Made by a program: the position numbers and the translations under genes. A stretch of DNA of 64,000 bases, taken from positions 7,564,001 to 7,628,000 of the forward strand of contig JBHGNT010000003.1 of NCBI GenBank assembly GCA_043228905.1. The letters are read 5' to 3'. Of the stretch, positions 1-13,500 are shown one piece after another (within the stretch, counting starts at the first letter, position 1; each line of letters opens with the position of its first letter). The notes under the pieces were generated by a model. That model saw only the letters and a list, made by a program, of their open reading frames with translations. It was not told where the DNA came from and ran no database searches. This DNA is from Azolla caroliniana. Taxonomy: Eukaryota; Plantae; Polypodiophyta.

Positions 1-1146
1 ATGCCTATTCCTGAGAGTCCATGGAAATCTATTTCATTGGACTTCATTACGGATCTACCACCTTCCAAGGGTTTTGATTCTATTCTCACGGTAGTAGATC
101 GTTTTACCAAGATGACACATTTTCTTCCCTGCACAAAGGCCATTACGAGCCAAGAGACAACCGAGTTACTCATGCGAGAGGTGTTTCGGCATCATGGTCT
201 TCCTAATGATATTATCAGTGATCGGGGTCCCCAGTTCATCTCAAAATTTTGGCGGCACATGTTCAAACTCTTACATACTTCTTGCAAACTCTCTTCCGGC
301 TACCATCCAGAAACTAACGGACAGAGTGAGCGCACCAACCAAACAGTAGAACAATATCTTCGTTGTTTTGTCAACTATCAACAAGATGATTGGGTTGATC
401 TATTACATTTGGCGGAATTTGCTTACAACAACTCAGAACATTCTTCTACTGGATATTCCCCATTTTTTGCAAACATTGGGTACCATCCTCGTTGGACTAT
501 GCTTGAACATCCCGAACTCCCGACAAACCCGGTTGCTGAAGATCGGCTCACCCGACTCCAAGAAGTTCAAGATATCCTTTTGCACCATTTATGTGATGCT
601 CAAAACACTCAAAAGAAGGTTGCTGACCGTCATCGACGTGATTCATCGACTACGTTTCAAGTGGGGGATCGAGTATGGCTTTTACAAGGTCGCATTAAAA
701 CCACCCGACCTTGCTACAAATTGGATTATCAACGTTTTGGCTCATATGTGATATCTGGTAAGATCAATGATGTGGCATTTCGCCTTGATCTTCCCCCTCA
801 TATGCATCTTCACCCGGTCTTCCATGTTTCACTTTTGGAGTTGTACACAACCAGCTCTATTCCAGGCCGTCGTACATCTCCCCCACCTCCAATCGAAGTT
901 TTGGATGGCTCCGAATATGAAGTTGTTGCCATTCTCGACTCCAAGATCGTTCGCAACAAACTGTATTATTTGGTTGACTGGTTAGGTTATACACCTAATG
1001 ATCGAACATGGGAACCTCTTGAGAATCTTGCTAATGCCTCTGAAATGGTTGCTGCATTTCACAACAAATATCCTCATAAACCAAGTCCGAAATCTTGTCT
1101 TCCGACTCGTGGAACTCGTCGTCGAAAAGGGGGGATAATGTCATGA
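1..1146 (+). mobile_element. Ty3/Gypsy chromovirus (Tcn1-like) pol 3' end: integrase core, GPY/F region and chromodomain; runs off the window start
   Basis: Uninterrupted ORF with WKSISLDFITDLP, VVDRFTKM, IISDRGPQF, YHPETNGQSERTNQ, HPVFHVSLL and a canonical chromodomain (EYEVVAILDSK...YLVDWLGY...TWEP). Purine tract AAAAGGGGGGA lies just before the LTR. Confidence 0.95.
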
Positions 1147-1159
1147 TGACATACATTTT

Positions 1160-1232
1160 GGCCTTACAAGGATTCGAGCCCAAGACGTCTTGGTCTATAT
1201 GTTAGACCTTTAACCATTATACCTACATATAT
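1160..1232 (-). ncRNA. tRNA-like Pol III cassette inside LTR U3 (degenerate, not a functional tRNA)
   Basis: Minus strand: A-box-like TAGGTATAATGG (from 1225), hairpin GGTCTA-ACATA-TAGACC, B-box-like GGCTCGAATCC (1180-1170). T8-to-T54 spacing is 47 nt. Confidence 0.6.
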
Positions 1233-1283
1233 GATGTATAATATAATAAATGTATTATTAGTTATTACAAGACATTTAGAGTG

Positions 1284-1400
1284 TTCTAGAACATTCTAGA
1301 GTGTTCTAGAACATTCTAGAGTATTCTAGAACATTCTAGGATATTCCATGATTATATTAAATATCATAAATATCTAAAATATTCTAGAACATTCTAGAAT
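1284..1400. promoter_or_regulatory. Heat shock element array in LTR U3
   Basis: TTC/GAA(GAG) alternate every 5 bp from 1284 to 1336 (20-bp unit x3). A second block TTCtaGAAcaTTCtaGAA at 1382-1399 sits just upstream of the TATA box. Confidence 0.7.
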
Positions 1401-1723
1401 ACTCCATAAGGACTTATAAATAGGTGTATATTCATTCATCACAACTCATTCGGTTCAACACCAGTTTGTAGCCCCTTAACCTACTCTTTGTAATCCTTGC
1501 TCTCTCATAATATAAACTCTCTTTCCATTTCTAGTGTTCTTTCTCTCTCTCTCTCTCTCCCTCTCCCTCTACCTTCTAATGTCATCTTATTTTTCTCTCT
1601 CCTATTCTCAAGTCACGACAGAATCATCAGAATAGGAAAACACGGTGAACATCTATACGTGTGGGTTAGCCAAGCCAAAGGAAAACATAATGGGCGATGA
1701 TTAGGCCATGCCAAATTTAGCAA

Positions 1724-2290
1724 TGGGCCCGGTTCAGTTTCTTTGCCTTGAAACCAAATCGAACTCAACCGAACCATTTATATAAAACAAAAACCAAACC
1801 ACACCGTTTATGAACTCTCAAGCCATTTAAACCAAACCACTTAAGAAAAGGTAAACCAAAACCATTTAACCCAAACCGTTTAGGGAAAAGTTGAAATAAA
1901 TCCAAACCTATAAACCAATAAACCCGAGTTTTGGAACCAAACCGAATCGTTTATTAAAAATCTAAACTAAACCAAACCATTATTATTTTGGGGAACCAAT
2001 AAACTGATAAACCCGAGTTTTAGAACCAAACCGATCCGTTTATTAAAAATCTAAACCAAACCACACCATTAAATTTTTTTGGAACCAATAAACCATGGCA
2101 TAACGATTTGGTTCGATTTGAGCCGAAGTCGGGGGCCTATAGCTAGCCAGATTGGAGATCACACAGACCGAACTGTTTATTAAAAATCTAAACTCCAATA
2201 AACCGTTAAACCATGGCATAATGATTTTATTCTATTTGAGCTAAAGCTGGACCTATAGCTAGCCAAATTGGGAGCTCACACAAGCCGACA
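1724..2290. repeat. AAACC/CCGAAC-rich non-autonomous DNA transposon (MITE-like) remnant with internal duplications
   Basis: Repeated aaaccaaacc/aaccgaacc motifs and duplicated blocks such as ataaacccgagtttt(g/a)gaaccaaaccga. A related palindromic motif cluster lies at 25564-25625. No TSD identified. Confidence 0.45.
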
Positions 2291-2617
2291 AATGATCTAC
2301 GAGAATCTTCTCGGCCTAGAACATACGCGCACACGTGGGGGATGAACATATACGTACATGGATTTCTTCACTTCTTGAGGCATATGGCCCCCCTTGGAGA
2401 AAAACACGCAAAGCGTTAAGGAGCTCTTTTTTTTATCAGGAAGGGTGAGATAAAAAACAAGATAAGACCAAGGAAGAAAGATACAGACATACATACATGT
2501 ATGTATATTAATAACGTGGTTTTTAGGGCCAAAATGGCCTATCTCTCTCTCTCTCTCCGATTATCTATCTACATATAGAAGAAGAAGAAGAAAAACTAAG
2601 AGATTCATTCATTCATT

Positions 2618-2900
2618 CATAGTACGTAATATACTCGAATGCATTGTCAAACTTTTTTTTTCATACGAATTCAAACGAATGCGTATGTTATCAAAACATT
2701 CGTATATGTTTTTTCTTTACAATTTTTTCACCTTTACTTTCTTACCTTAAATTTTTTTTTTTACCTTATAATAAATAAATGAATACAAAAGTATGGTATT
2801 TACTATTTACCATACTTCGAGGGTGTTTACCATACCCGAATGATAGAAACATTCGCAAATGCGAATGCGAGTATGGTACGTATGGTTCATACTTACTATG
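2618..2900. mobile_element. Putative MITE remnant
   Basis: Ends CATAGTA...TACTATG with subterminal cgaat/catac/gtatg motifs. TSD not convincing. Confidence 0.3.
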
Positions 2901-3111
2901 CATGATTCATTCATTAGTACTCTTCCTTCATCATTATAATTTATAATTTATCATCATAACCGTTAAAAATTTAACTAAAACCAGAAAATACATACATACA
3001 CAGAAAACACAGATGATATGCATGATTCTGCAGAACAGAATCGCCATCGCCATCGCCATCGCTCTCTCGGCTGGCCCCATCTGACACTTAAAGCCGGATG
3101 ATGTTCTTGCC

Positions 3112-6100
3112 ATGGTGAAGGACAACGCCGTCTCCCAGAAGCTCCTGGCTGCCTTGCCCTCTGATCCTTTCGAGCAGCTGGAGGTGGCCCAGAGCATCAC
3201 CTCCATGGCTGTCATCGCCGGCGTCAACAAGCTCCAGGCCGAGAGCGGCCGCTTCCGCGAGACCCTGGAAGAGCGAGAGAAGACGATCCACTCCATGCAA
3301 CAACGCATTCATGAACTTGAACACAGCCTCGAAGAAACCTCCGCCCGCCTCTCTCAAGCCCTGGAACACCAGGTAAACCAACTAACTAACTACGTCTCTC
3401 TACTTACTCTTCAAAACGCTACCTTTTCTTTTACTTGGTTCTCTGGAGAGACACAGAGACAGACGTTGTATTAATGACTTCAAACGGTGCCCTATAGTAC
3501 CTATGCCACTGATAACCAAAGGATTTTTTTTTTGAAAATAAGCAATCTAAAAGACAGATAAATGGAACAAATATTCATATGTTCATTTGTCGATGCCAAT
3601 TTCTAAAAGGAATAATTGAATTGAAGCGTTTGTTGTTTGAATAAATATGACATTTGGTTCTAAATTATGTTTTCAGGAGAAAGTTACAGATGAAAGAAAT
3701 GCTCTGGCTAGAATGGTTCAAAAACTTCGTCGGGAAATATCAAAAGTATGTTTGTGTACTTTTACAGCATATTCATTCAGTTCATATCTGGGGATTTCAA
3801 ATAGCCATATATCGAATAAAGGATCTGACATACATATGTGTGTGTGTGCCTGCGTATATATCTATAGATGCTTAATTCACGTGTGTACATGTATACATAC
3901 ATACATACATCCATGCATGTGTATACATATGTACATCTATACATACATACACACATACATACATCCAACATTTGCATACATATGTACATCTATACATAAA
4001 TACATACATCCATGCATGTGTGCATGGATATGCACATATAATTCTGTATATGCTCTCACTGCGTTTAGAATGGAATACATTTTCGTAAAGATGAGAATAT
4101 GGACTTCAACTTCATCATGGTTTCTTGATGTTAGAAGGTTTCTACTTGAAAAATGTGATGTGAATATGGTTTTCCAAAAATTTAAAAATAAGAACTTGAA
4201 CTTCATGGTGTCTAATTTGTGAACAATCATGAAGCACATAAAGTTAATTGATGATGCAGATAAGTTTTTTCTAACTGCTCAAACTTATTCAAAAACTATA
4301 TCCTCTTTCTTTTTTGTGTCTTTTTAGTTAGAAATGTTTAAGAAAAACCTACTGCAATCATTGCAAGAAGATGATGACACAGCATCTGTGAGTATTGATA
4401 ATGAAATTATTTTGTTTATTTTTTATATTTAATATTGTATCAATAGACATGAACGAAGGCTTCATCTAAAATGATTCTTCTTGTAGTCTAATTGTTATGA
4501 AGGAGTTGTTTTGAATTTCCTCCTTGTTTTACGTCAAATCTTGCCTATCTTTAAATTTCTAGAACAGCTAGCACTGTCTCTATTTCGAGACAGGCTATAT
4601 CCCGTCATCAAGTACAAGGCATTTCTGCATATGAAAACAAGCACTATTTGTAGATTAGCATCAAGAGAATGTAGAAAAAGAGCACTATAATGGTTTTATA
4701 TATTCAACTGAACTATATGAGTATAACATTTTATTGCATTTTGAAGATAGTGACTGATATATTCAATTCAAGAGTGATGATTAGGATTGTTTAAAAAATT
4801 AAAACAGGGTGACCTTCGAATTGGTAAGGGCAGGTGGGCATTGGGAATTAGTGTGTAATATTTTGCAAGCAAGCTGTGTGGAATTTGGCAGGGTTGGTGT
4901 GGTGTGGGAGTGATGTTTTCTGATTTTTGCTATTTTGCTTTGCATGATTAAATTTCAATTAGTTTTTTGGAGACATTAGCCGTAAATTAATGGAGGGCTT
5001 TCTGTTTGAGATGTACAGTTTCTGTAGAATTAAATCTCTATTTTCAACAACATTAGCTGGAAAGAATAGCTCATCTCTGTGAATATTCAGTGTCTTTTGT
5101 AAGAGATATCCAAAAAATGTCGCAAAATTCTTGTGTACCCTGAGAATATTGCATAGCTGATGTACACAGCAACTGACATGTCAGGCAGCTGTACAGTGTT
5201 CGGAGACATCAAAGGTTGTAAAATTGTCCACAGCCATGAATATGACTGGATGTATGCTGTGCAGCTTGATCATTTCATTCTTCCTTGCTCATGTCATTTC
5301 AGATGTATGATGTGGGTAATCTATTGAGCTAGTAATTGGAGTGGGGGAGAGCACATCTATTTTCAGGCTATGATCAAATTAAAACTATTCCTATGAGTCA
5401 GACTAACTGAGAATATCCCCATTTTCGCCAGTTTCTTGATGAGATAAAAGCCTCGGGAACTAGAATGTCTCTCTGAATGCAAGTCACATTATTGAAGGAC
5501 AAAAGAAAGTTCCAAAAAGATATGAAAAATATTTAGTGCTAAAGATGAAATAAGGGCTAGTCAGATGTGTGCAGATCTACTGTACATTCTCAACACAATA
5601 CAGATCTGCAGATAGGTACAGGGTTGTTTGTATCTCAGAATACCTAGCAGGTTAAAATTAGGTCTTGCAAGACCTTCACTTATAAATGTCTTTACCTGGA
5701 CAAAAGGTTATTCCTTATGCTTGTTTCATTGGGTTTTGTAGGAGGTGTCGTCAGGGTCTTGTGTCAATGTATAGAGTGCAGTAACTCTCCCATTCATAAG
5801 AATATTGTGCATGGAGGTAAGCAGCTCTGTGTTAATAAACATGTTTCAGTGTGTGAGTTTCCATAGTATGGCTATGTGCTTTTGAGTGTAGCCAATGGAG
5901 AGACAAGAGGATTCGTGTATGTGAGTATGTGCTTTCAAATAATTCTCCATGAGGTCAAGTACGTGACCATGTTGAGTTTTGTGCTTGTGAATGAAACTCA
6001 AGAAAGTTTCAACAACTTTATTTTATGTTTATGGAAAAGATTTAGTTTAAGGAACATGATGAGCACTATGTTGAAGCATTTTATATGCCTATATGCATGT

Positions 6101-8429
6101 GGGTGTGACTGTGAATGGAGCTCAAGAAAACTTTGATTCCTTCATTTTATGTGTAAATATGAGGAAAATGAGAATTATGCCGAAGGCCCATCTAACTTTT
6201 GAAATGGCCAACAGACAAGGATGCAAGTTCTCTCGGCAGTGAAGATGTAGTTAGTCTTCCCTAAATTGTAAGGTGAGCTTATTGGATTTTCCATCCTTCT
6301 GATAGTGTACCACATTTGGGCTTGGAGCAACTGGTTACTTTTGTAAGCAGTCATTCTTGTGCAACGCCTATCAATCCTTTGCACATTTTTCATGATATGT
6401 TTTCCCCAGAATTCTATTTCTTATTGTCTTTTGCTTTATACCTGTTGCCGAAAGACCCAGTATCACTAGTTCCATGTACCCATTAATGTTCTCTTAGTGA
6501 ACTTTGACTATTTTGCTTTGTCGTGAGCTTCAAATGTACCTCATATATTTTCTATCTTAACAAATGACATTAATTTCATGACACAAAGAACTGTGTTCCA
6601 GCTTTGCTATGTTTTTTAAAATTCGCTTTTCTTGAAATTGTAAATTATACTTAAAGAACATATGCTATGGATGAAATCCAGCAAAATGAGGATCTAGAGG
6701 CTACATCACCCATGTATGCAAGTTCTATGCACAGGACTAAAGGTATCACTCTGTGATTTGTGTTTACATGATTTAAGAGTTCAAATATAACTTTATATAT
6801 TTAAGTTGGAAAACATGTCAAGGTCATATCTTGAGGGAAAGTATTTGTAAGATACTCGCATTTAACCCTACCTTTCCTATTTGACTGTTAAAATCATCAT
6901 GCTGTAATAATTTGATGGTGCTAGTAACTGTTGTAAGCTATCTAGGAAAGGGTAAGTCCTTTCTTTGGGGATCCTAGTTGATATAGTTTGGGCTATGAAA
7001 AATCGATTTTGGCTGATTTAGCTTTGATTATATTTATGGATTGATTCAGCCTTTGTATTTATAAATTAAGATTTAGAAAGGTAAAAGCCACCATGGTAAT
7101 AAGCTGAGTAAATTATTTTAGGCAGCTTTATATATAAGAGTATTGTACATATCCCGTGAGATAGATGCTGGTTAATGCTACTTTCCATGTTATTTGCATT
7201 AGTGTGAATTTTAAATTGATCACCGAAAAAACCTTCTGTGTTTAGCGATTTGGGTTCGAAATGCTTCCAGCACACTCCCTAAAACTAAAATGTTAGTCCT
7301 TGATGTTTTATCATTAGCCCCAAGGTCTCAAACTTTGAAGGGTGAGATTGTAGCATAGACTGTAGCATGATTACCACATCTTGGCAACCAAGCTCACTAA
7401 CCATAGGTGGTTAGTTGACAAATTGATTAATCTCCATTATCAGCTGTTAACTACATATTGTGTTGTAAAGACAAAGATACATAATTCAGTGAAGAAATCA
7501 GTCTCGCCAATTTCTTATGTTGCGCTGTATAGAATTAATATTTTATGTTTGTCATCTTGGTATGAGTATTTTCATGTTTGAGGTTCTGATAGAATACTGT
7601 ATCCTGTAGGTGATGATAGAGGAGCCTCATCAATCCCAAGGCCTAGTGATCAAGGAGATACATACCGATCGTATGTATCTTCTACTGCAACCTCAGATGT
7701 AGATGATGATCGACATAATTCCATTTTAGATGGTAACTTTTATCTTATTTAGAAACTAGTTTCTTGTGAAAATCTCACTTGATTTTGGAGAAAGATATTC
7801 TTAGTCTCTTATACTTCACTTTTCTGGAACTCAGCTTTTCCATTGGCAAGCTCTGCGAGTAGATTAAATATAGTGAATGGGCATTCTTCGAGTTCAGAAT
7901 CAAGATCTGTACGATCGCCAGGGCAAACTCCCAGAGTGGATGGAAAGGAATTCTTTCGAGAGAGCAGGTATGGTGAACTTGGATGCTATCATATCATTGT
8001 CATATATTTGTAGTTCTTTAGAAGACTTAATGCATGGAGATGATTTTGCAGGAATCGTCTATCGTACCAGCAATTCAGTGCTTTCTTGTCTAATATAAAG
8101 GAGTTAAATGCGCATCGACAGTCAAGAGAGGTTTGTGCACTCCAATCCTCTTCTTATAGTGATTTTATTCTTATATCTGGTAAATGTTTCCACAAAAGAA
8201 AGGGAGAGTGTGGATTATTATGCAATCATCATGATATTTTCTTCACTATTGTTGTTTCATGTTGGTGATATAAAAGCAGTATTTAAAACAGAATGTGAGG
8301 TACATATGAAAAAACCATATGGTTTTGATTTTACAGGAAACGTTGGCAAAGGCTAAACAAATTTTTGGGCCTGATAACCAGGATTTGTATTATGCATTTG
8401 ATGGGTTGATCACTCGACACGTCACTTGA
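3112..8429 (+). CDS. NAIP / At4g15545-like coiled-coil protein (8 exons)
   Basis: Exons 3112-3372, 3677-3745, 4328-4387, 6682-6742, 7610-7732, 7835-7967, 8052-8130, 8337-8429, all GT-AG and in frame. Motifs LPSDPFEQLEVA, LEMFKKNLLQSLQEDD, RVDGKEFFR..RNRLSYQQFSAFLSNIKELNAH..ETL..A..IFGPDNQDLY. Confidence 0.9.
3830..4040. repeat. Degenerate (CATA)n/(TG)n microsatellite in intron 2
   Basis: Runs of atac/catg/tgtg. This explains the spurious overlapping ORFs here. Confidence 0.85.
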
Positions 8430-10572
8430 TTCCTGATATGTAAGAAAAGCAATCAATCCCTCATTGCATCACATACAAGCATATTAGTTTTCAATTTAGC
8501 AGTAGAGGCATGTTCTTTATCAAAACATGCTTCAAGTTTCAATAATAATGCATTATGATTTTAGACAATGCCAAACCACCTCTGTTTCACAATACAATGT
8601 CCTTGGGTTTCATCAAAATGATGCATGATCTAAAAACAGTCTTACTTCAACATATAGGAAAATTACACATGCCACTTAGTGTTTAGTATGTGTCCATCAT
8701 TGGTATTTTTGTGATGAGGGGGAAATTTTTGTTTGTAGAACTTGCTGCAAATGTTTGAGATGCATCCTACATCCCAGATCCTGTAGAGCCAAGAAAATTA
8801 GAAGCATGTAAAACGAGGGTTTTGATGGAAGGCGGACAAAGTTGAAGGCAAATTGAGTTGAAGCCCAAGCCATGCCTGTAAGGCTATATTGAGCATATTT
8901 TTGTACTATGATAGAGCACCCATATTCGTTTTGCTACTAGTGTACTTAAACAGATTGAGAGCTAGATATGTCTTAATAGAAGTTATAATATGTATAGCAT
9001 GATGGGGATTGCAACTGGAAATCTGAATCCATTCTCAGTAACATATGTAGAATTCATATCGAAACATCTAGTATTTATAACACCATGCTGAAAGTTGTTT
9101 TCTGTTAAAATTTATTTGTTTTATGAAAACCTAAAATAAATTCCAGAAAAACGAGAAATTGTAACATAAAGATGAACTGAAACGGCTGTGAGAGATTATG
9201 TTGATATTGGTAAAAAACATGAAACTATATCAGATCAAATCAAGGAGCTATGTCACATCTGTACCTTTGTAAGTATAGAAATTTACATGCCTTCAACTCA
9301 TTCAATGGGCTTTTGATGTTTGCATGATATATTTGGCACGTATGTGGTCAACAAAAGAGCACATTGATAAGATCATGTTAAAACATGAAAGATCAAAGAA
9401 GCCTTCTACAATACACCATACTATATATGCTTTATAAGCATTGTTATTAAGAAATTACATCGGCGTATACCACTATCTTATAATGGTGAAGTAAAGCTCA
9501 GGTGGATGGATCGAGCTTTACTAAACATGGAAATGGCGCAATGTTAACTAAAACTTGATGCTACTTTTGGATAACATTATTTGAATGAACTCCACACATA
9601 GTGTTGCAATGTTGATATGCCACTTTTAAAGTTAATGCATGTATTACCATTATTCTAGTTCAAGGAGACTTGATACATATAGATCAACTTAATCTTTCAA
9701 AGTAAATGGCAACTATTATCAATAAAAGTTTATGTTGTAATTCGATGCTTTGGACTACTAGAATATTTGGTATTAACATGACATTAAGAGCATGTTATAT
9801 AGCCTTGCGAAGAGGTGGTAACACTTGCCAAGACATTCAAAAGAGGGGGTAACACACGCCAATATTAGGGATCAACACGATCTTTAGAGAGTGTTATAGC
9901 CTTGAGAAGAGGTGCTAAACCTTACCAATACCTTAACATAACGTTGCCTTCTCATGATTTTATGGAGCAAAACATGTTATAGTTGTCTAGACGTGGAAAA
10001 ACTCCATGAAATGAATGTTCTTTCCCAATACATGAGAGAAAGATGCGGTTCGTACAAATTATCCTCCTTGTGGGCAATGCCTATTACCTATCATCACACC
10101 ATAAACTCGCAAATGCCTTGACCTTGGGCTCGGAGGAACCAACCCATGGGCCTTTCTCCAACTGGCAACTTGAATAGAACAAATTAGCCTCCTTTCATCC
10201 CAATGCACTTGCAATTTCGATCTTTTAGTTTGCATGTGGCAAGCACGCGTAAGAGCGGGAGAGTTTTCCCATTCTTGTACTTTTCCACGTGACAATTGAC
10301 GTACGGATAACTCTTATGATAACTATTGTTGAGATGGTCAAAAGTTGCGGCAATGTCATCATAGTCATGGACCATGGTCATGAAACAAAAGAAGTTTTGA
10401 CAAAGAAAAATGAAAGAAGAGATGAATAATTAACCAAAGAAACGAACAAAAAGAATATTTGACAAGGAAAACTGGTTGTTTATTTTCTGACAAGGGAAGT
10501 ACGTATTTCACTAATCACTCTCATTGTGTGTATCAAATCCTACAAACTACTATACATTGTTTAAAGAGGGAA

Positions 10573-13500
10573 TCATGATCCATCCTTCCTTCCTTCACCA
10601 ATTGAATTAAGCCTCGCACAAACATCTAGAACCTCTTCGATAGGAGCCCAATCTCCAATATTCCTCTCTGCAAACTGATAAGCTACCCCACCCTTTCCGG
10701 GCCTCAATACTAGAAGGCCCCCCTTGACCAATCCATTTCCATGCAAGTTATTGTGTATTCCGGATTCCCGAGCTCTTTTCAAGTTTCGGCGGGCCACTGA
10801 ATTGAAGAGCAAACCAGTGATATAGTTGTCAGTGGGAAGATTCCCCCCTCCCAACGCTCTAAAGAAATCGCAATTCTTGTCCACGACAATCATACCACCC
10901 CAAAACCGAGGCCAAAAGAAGCGAACCTGGCCAAAAAACACTACAAATTTAAGATCTTGTGTAAAAGAATGCCAGGATGTATTATGTAATTCTGTATGTT
11001 AGCCATAAGCATGGAAAACAAATAGAAAAGCACCACAAGCTACTAATTTTAAAAGAGCTAAATTAATATACGAAGACTCTATACAAGTCCCAAACCCTTT
11101 GTCATGTTTTTATTAAATTAAATAAACACAAATTAATTCACACTATTAGAACATCTAGCCACTCCCAAACATCTCACCTTCTTTAGGTGACAAAGAAGTA
11201 AGATTCCTAAACCAAATCAAAATCTCTTCTTCTATCCTAAAATTGCTAGAGTATTGTGATCATGCAAATATTAATTATCATTTCGTAACGATATTAGATC
11301 TTAATGGGATGGTTAAACAACCTCGGAATTAATGTGTTCGTGAAGAACGGCGACGAGTTGCACTCCGAGAGCATCGAAGATCGGTTTCCTCGAATAAAGT
11401 TTATGTGCTTCGGCTCGGCACATTACACATCTACAAGCATAAAACGATTACGATGTGAGAACAAAATTATGGATCGGAATTCAACCCAAAACCATACATT
11501 TGGACCCTAAACCTTAAAACTATGTTAACCCTAACGCTAAACTCAAATCTCACCCTGGCCTTCGGATGCAATAGATAATTGTGGCTTTGGTTGCCCAAAT
11601 ATCCGAGGCTTTCATGGGAGGGGGAGCCCTCACGTCGAACTTGCCCCAAGGGTCGACGCCTACACGATACTCGGGGGCGAGCTTTTGGACGGAAATCTTC
11701 TCCAACAAAGAGATGGAGATGATATCGTCGGCGACACGTGACGGTTTCAAAAGCCCGCACATTTTCGGGTTCGCAGGCCCGGCTGAAACGACACCCTTGA
11801 AGGTGGCCACCGCGAGGGGCATGTTGGGTCTCTCGTTCTCGGCATTCACGTGCTTCTTCTTCGGGCTTTGCTTCGTCTCACCAATCATTTGTTGGGCCTC
11901 CTCACCAATCAATTGTTGGGCTTCATCATTTCTCGTGGTCTTGCGATCGGGGGAAAGTGTGGGGGAAAGTGTGTCGGCATAAGTGTGATGGGCGGGTTCC
12001 ATGGAGGAGCTTAATGGAGAGGTCATGTAGATTTCTTCTTCGTGTGGTGGCCCCGAAACTGTAGATATTGTGGTGGCCGAGGTACGTTGGCGCCGGGCTG
12101 GGGCAGGCACGAGCGGGGTAAGTGTGGGCGGGACCACGAGCCCACATGGGATGGTCCTATCAATGAAGCGAGCCACGTGGCCCCTCTTCATGCCATAGCG
12201 GGAGCTCAGAATGGCCGGGCTCGTGGCCAGGAGCTCTGGTAAAGCTTTCCCCGAAGCCTCCAGCGTGTCTGCGTACTGCATTAGCGAGCGATCGTGGAGG
12301 TAGATTCTAATCTCCAATGCATCCTGTTTTTCAATGATTCGCCCCCCAAAAAAACAACAAAAATCAATAACAAGCATCGCGGTAAGGATTAGGGTACCAT
12401 ACCATAAGAAATTAGGGTATAGTAAGAATTGTTCTTAAATTTTTTTTTGCATATGAGGATTACAGTCCTTTCTTCGGATGATTAGGGGTTAAGTTCTGTT
12501 TATCCTGCCTAAGGTTAGGGTTAGATTCTAATCCCCAATGCATCCTGTTTTTTAATGACCCCAAAACAAAAATAAATACAGAAAAAAACAGCGGGGTAAG
12601 GGATTAGGGTACCGTACCGTAAGAAAAGAAATTAGGGTATTCGTAAGAATTGTTCTTAAAACATTTTGCATAGGATTAGAGTCACTATTTGTCTTGCCAA
12701 GGATGATTAGGGGGTTAATTTGTTTATCCTGCCTAAGGTTAGGGTTAGATTCTAATCTCCAATGCTTACTGTTTTAATGATCCAAAACTAAATAAAAGAA
12801 AAGCGTGGTAAGGATTAAGAAATTAGGGTATCGTAAGAATTGTTCATAGAATTTTGCATAGGATTAGAGTCACTATTTTTCTTGCCTCGGATTAGGGGTT
12901 ATTTGTTTATCCTGCCTTAAGCTTAGGGTTAGGACTAGAGTCACTATTTTTCTTGCCTCCTATTAGGGGTTATTTGTTAATCCTGCCTTAAGTTTAGGAT
13001 TAGGGTTAGAGTCACTATTTTCCTTGCCTCGGATTAGGGTTTACTCGTTTATCCTGCCTAAGCTTGGGATTAGGATTCACCTCCTGCCTAAGATTAGAGG
13101 GTTTAAGTTTTCCCTGCACAGAATTAGGATTTGGATTAGAGTTAGGCTGCCTGAGATTATAGCTAGGCTTCTTCTTCTTCTTTTTCTCTGCATCGGACTG
13201 GAAGGATGAGGGTACGAATTTCTTTTACATGCGATTTAGGGTTTAAATAGTCAGTCTTCAAAATCTGATTCAGATAAGATTAGGGTTTTCTATTCTCGAC
13301 GCACACACGAGGGGAGGGGGTCTAAATGAGAAAAAAAGCTTGTGTAGCGATAATTTAGGGTTAGGGTTAGGGTTTTGTTTGTTTTGTTTGGGATTCCTTA
13401 CCCGTTGTGGCTGGGTGAGCTTCTGAGCTTCCATGTCTTGGGAGGTCATCATCTTGAGGGTGGGGACATCATCCCATCCTTCGTGGAGGAGAGAGGGAAG

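Larger units (their letters stand above)
1139..1620 (+). mobile_element. 3' LTR of the chromovirus
   Basis: Starts TGTCATGA just after the PPT and ends TCACGACA (7/8 inverted repeat). TATAAAT at about 1415, followed by a CT-rich U5. Confidence 0.88.

Noticed and set aside
13354-13372. Interstitial telomere or chromosome fusion scar
   Set aside because: Only three units, within a first intron where telo-box-like motifs are expected.
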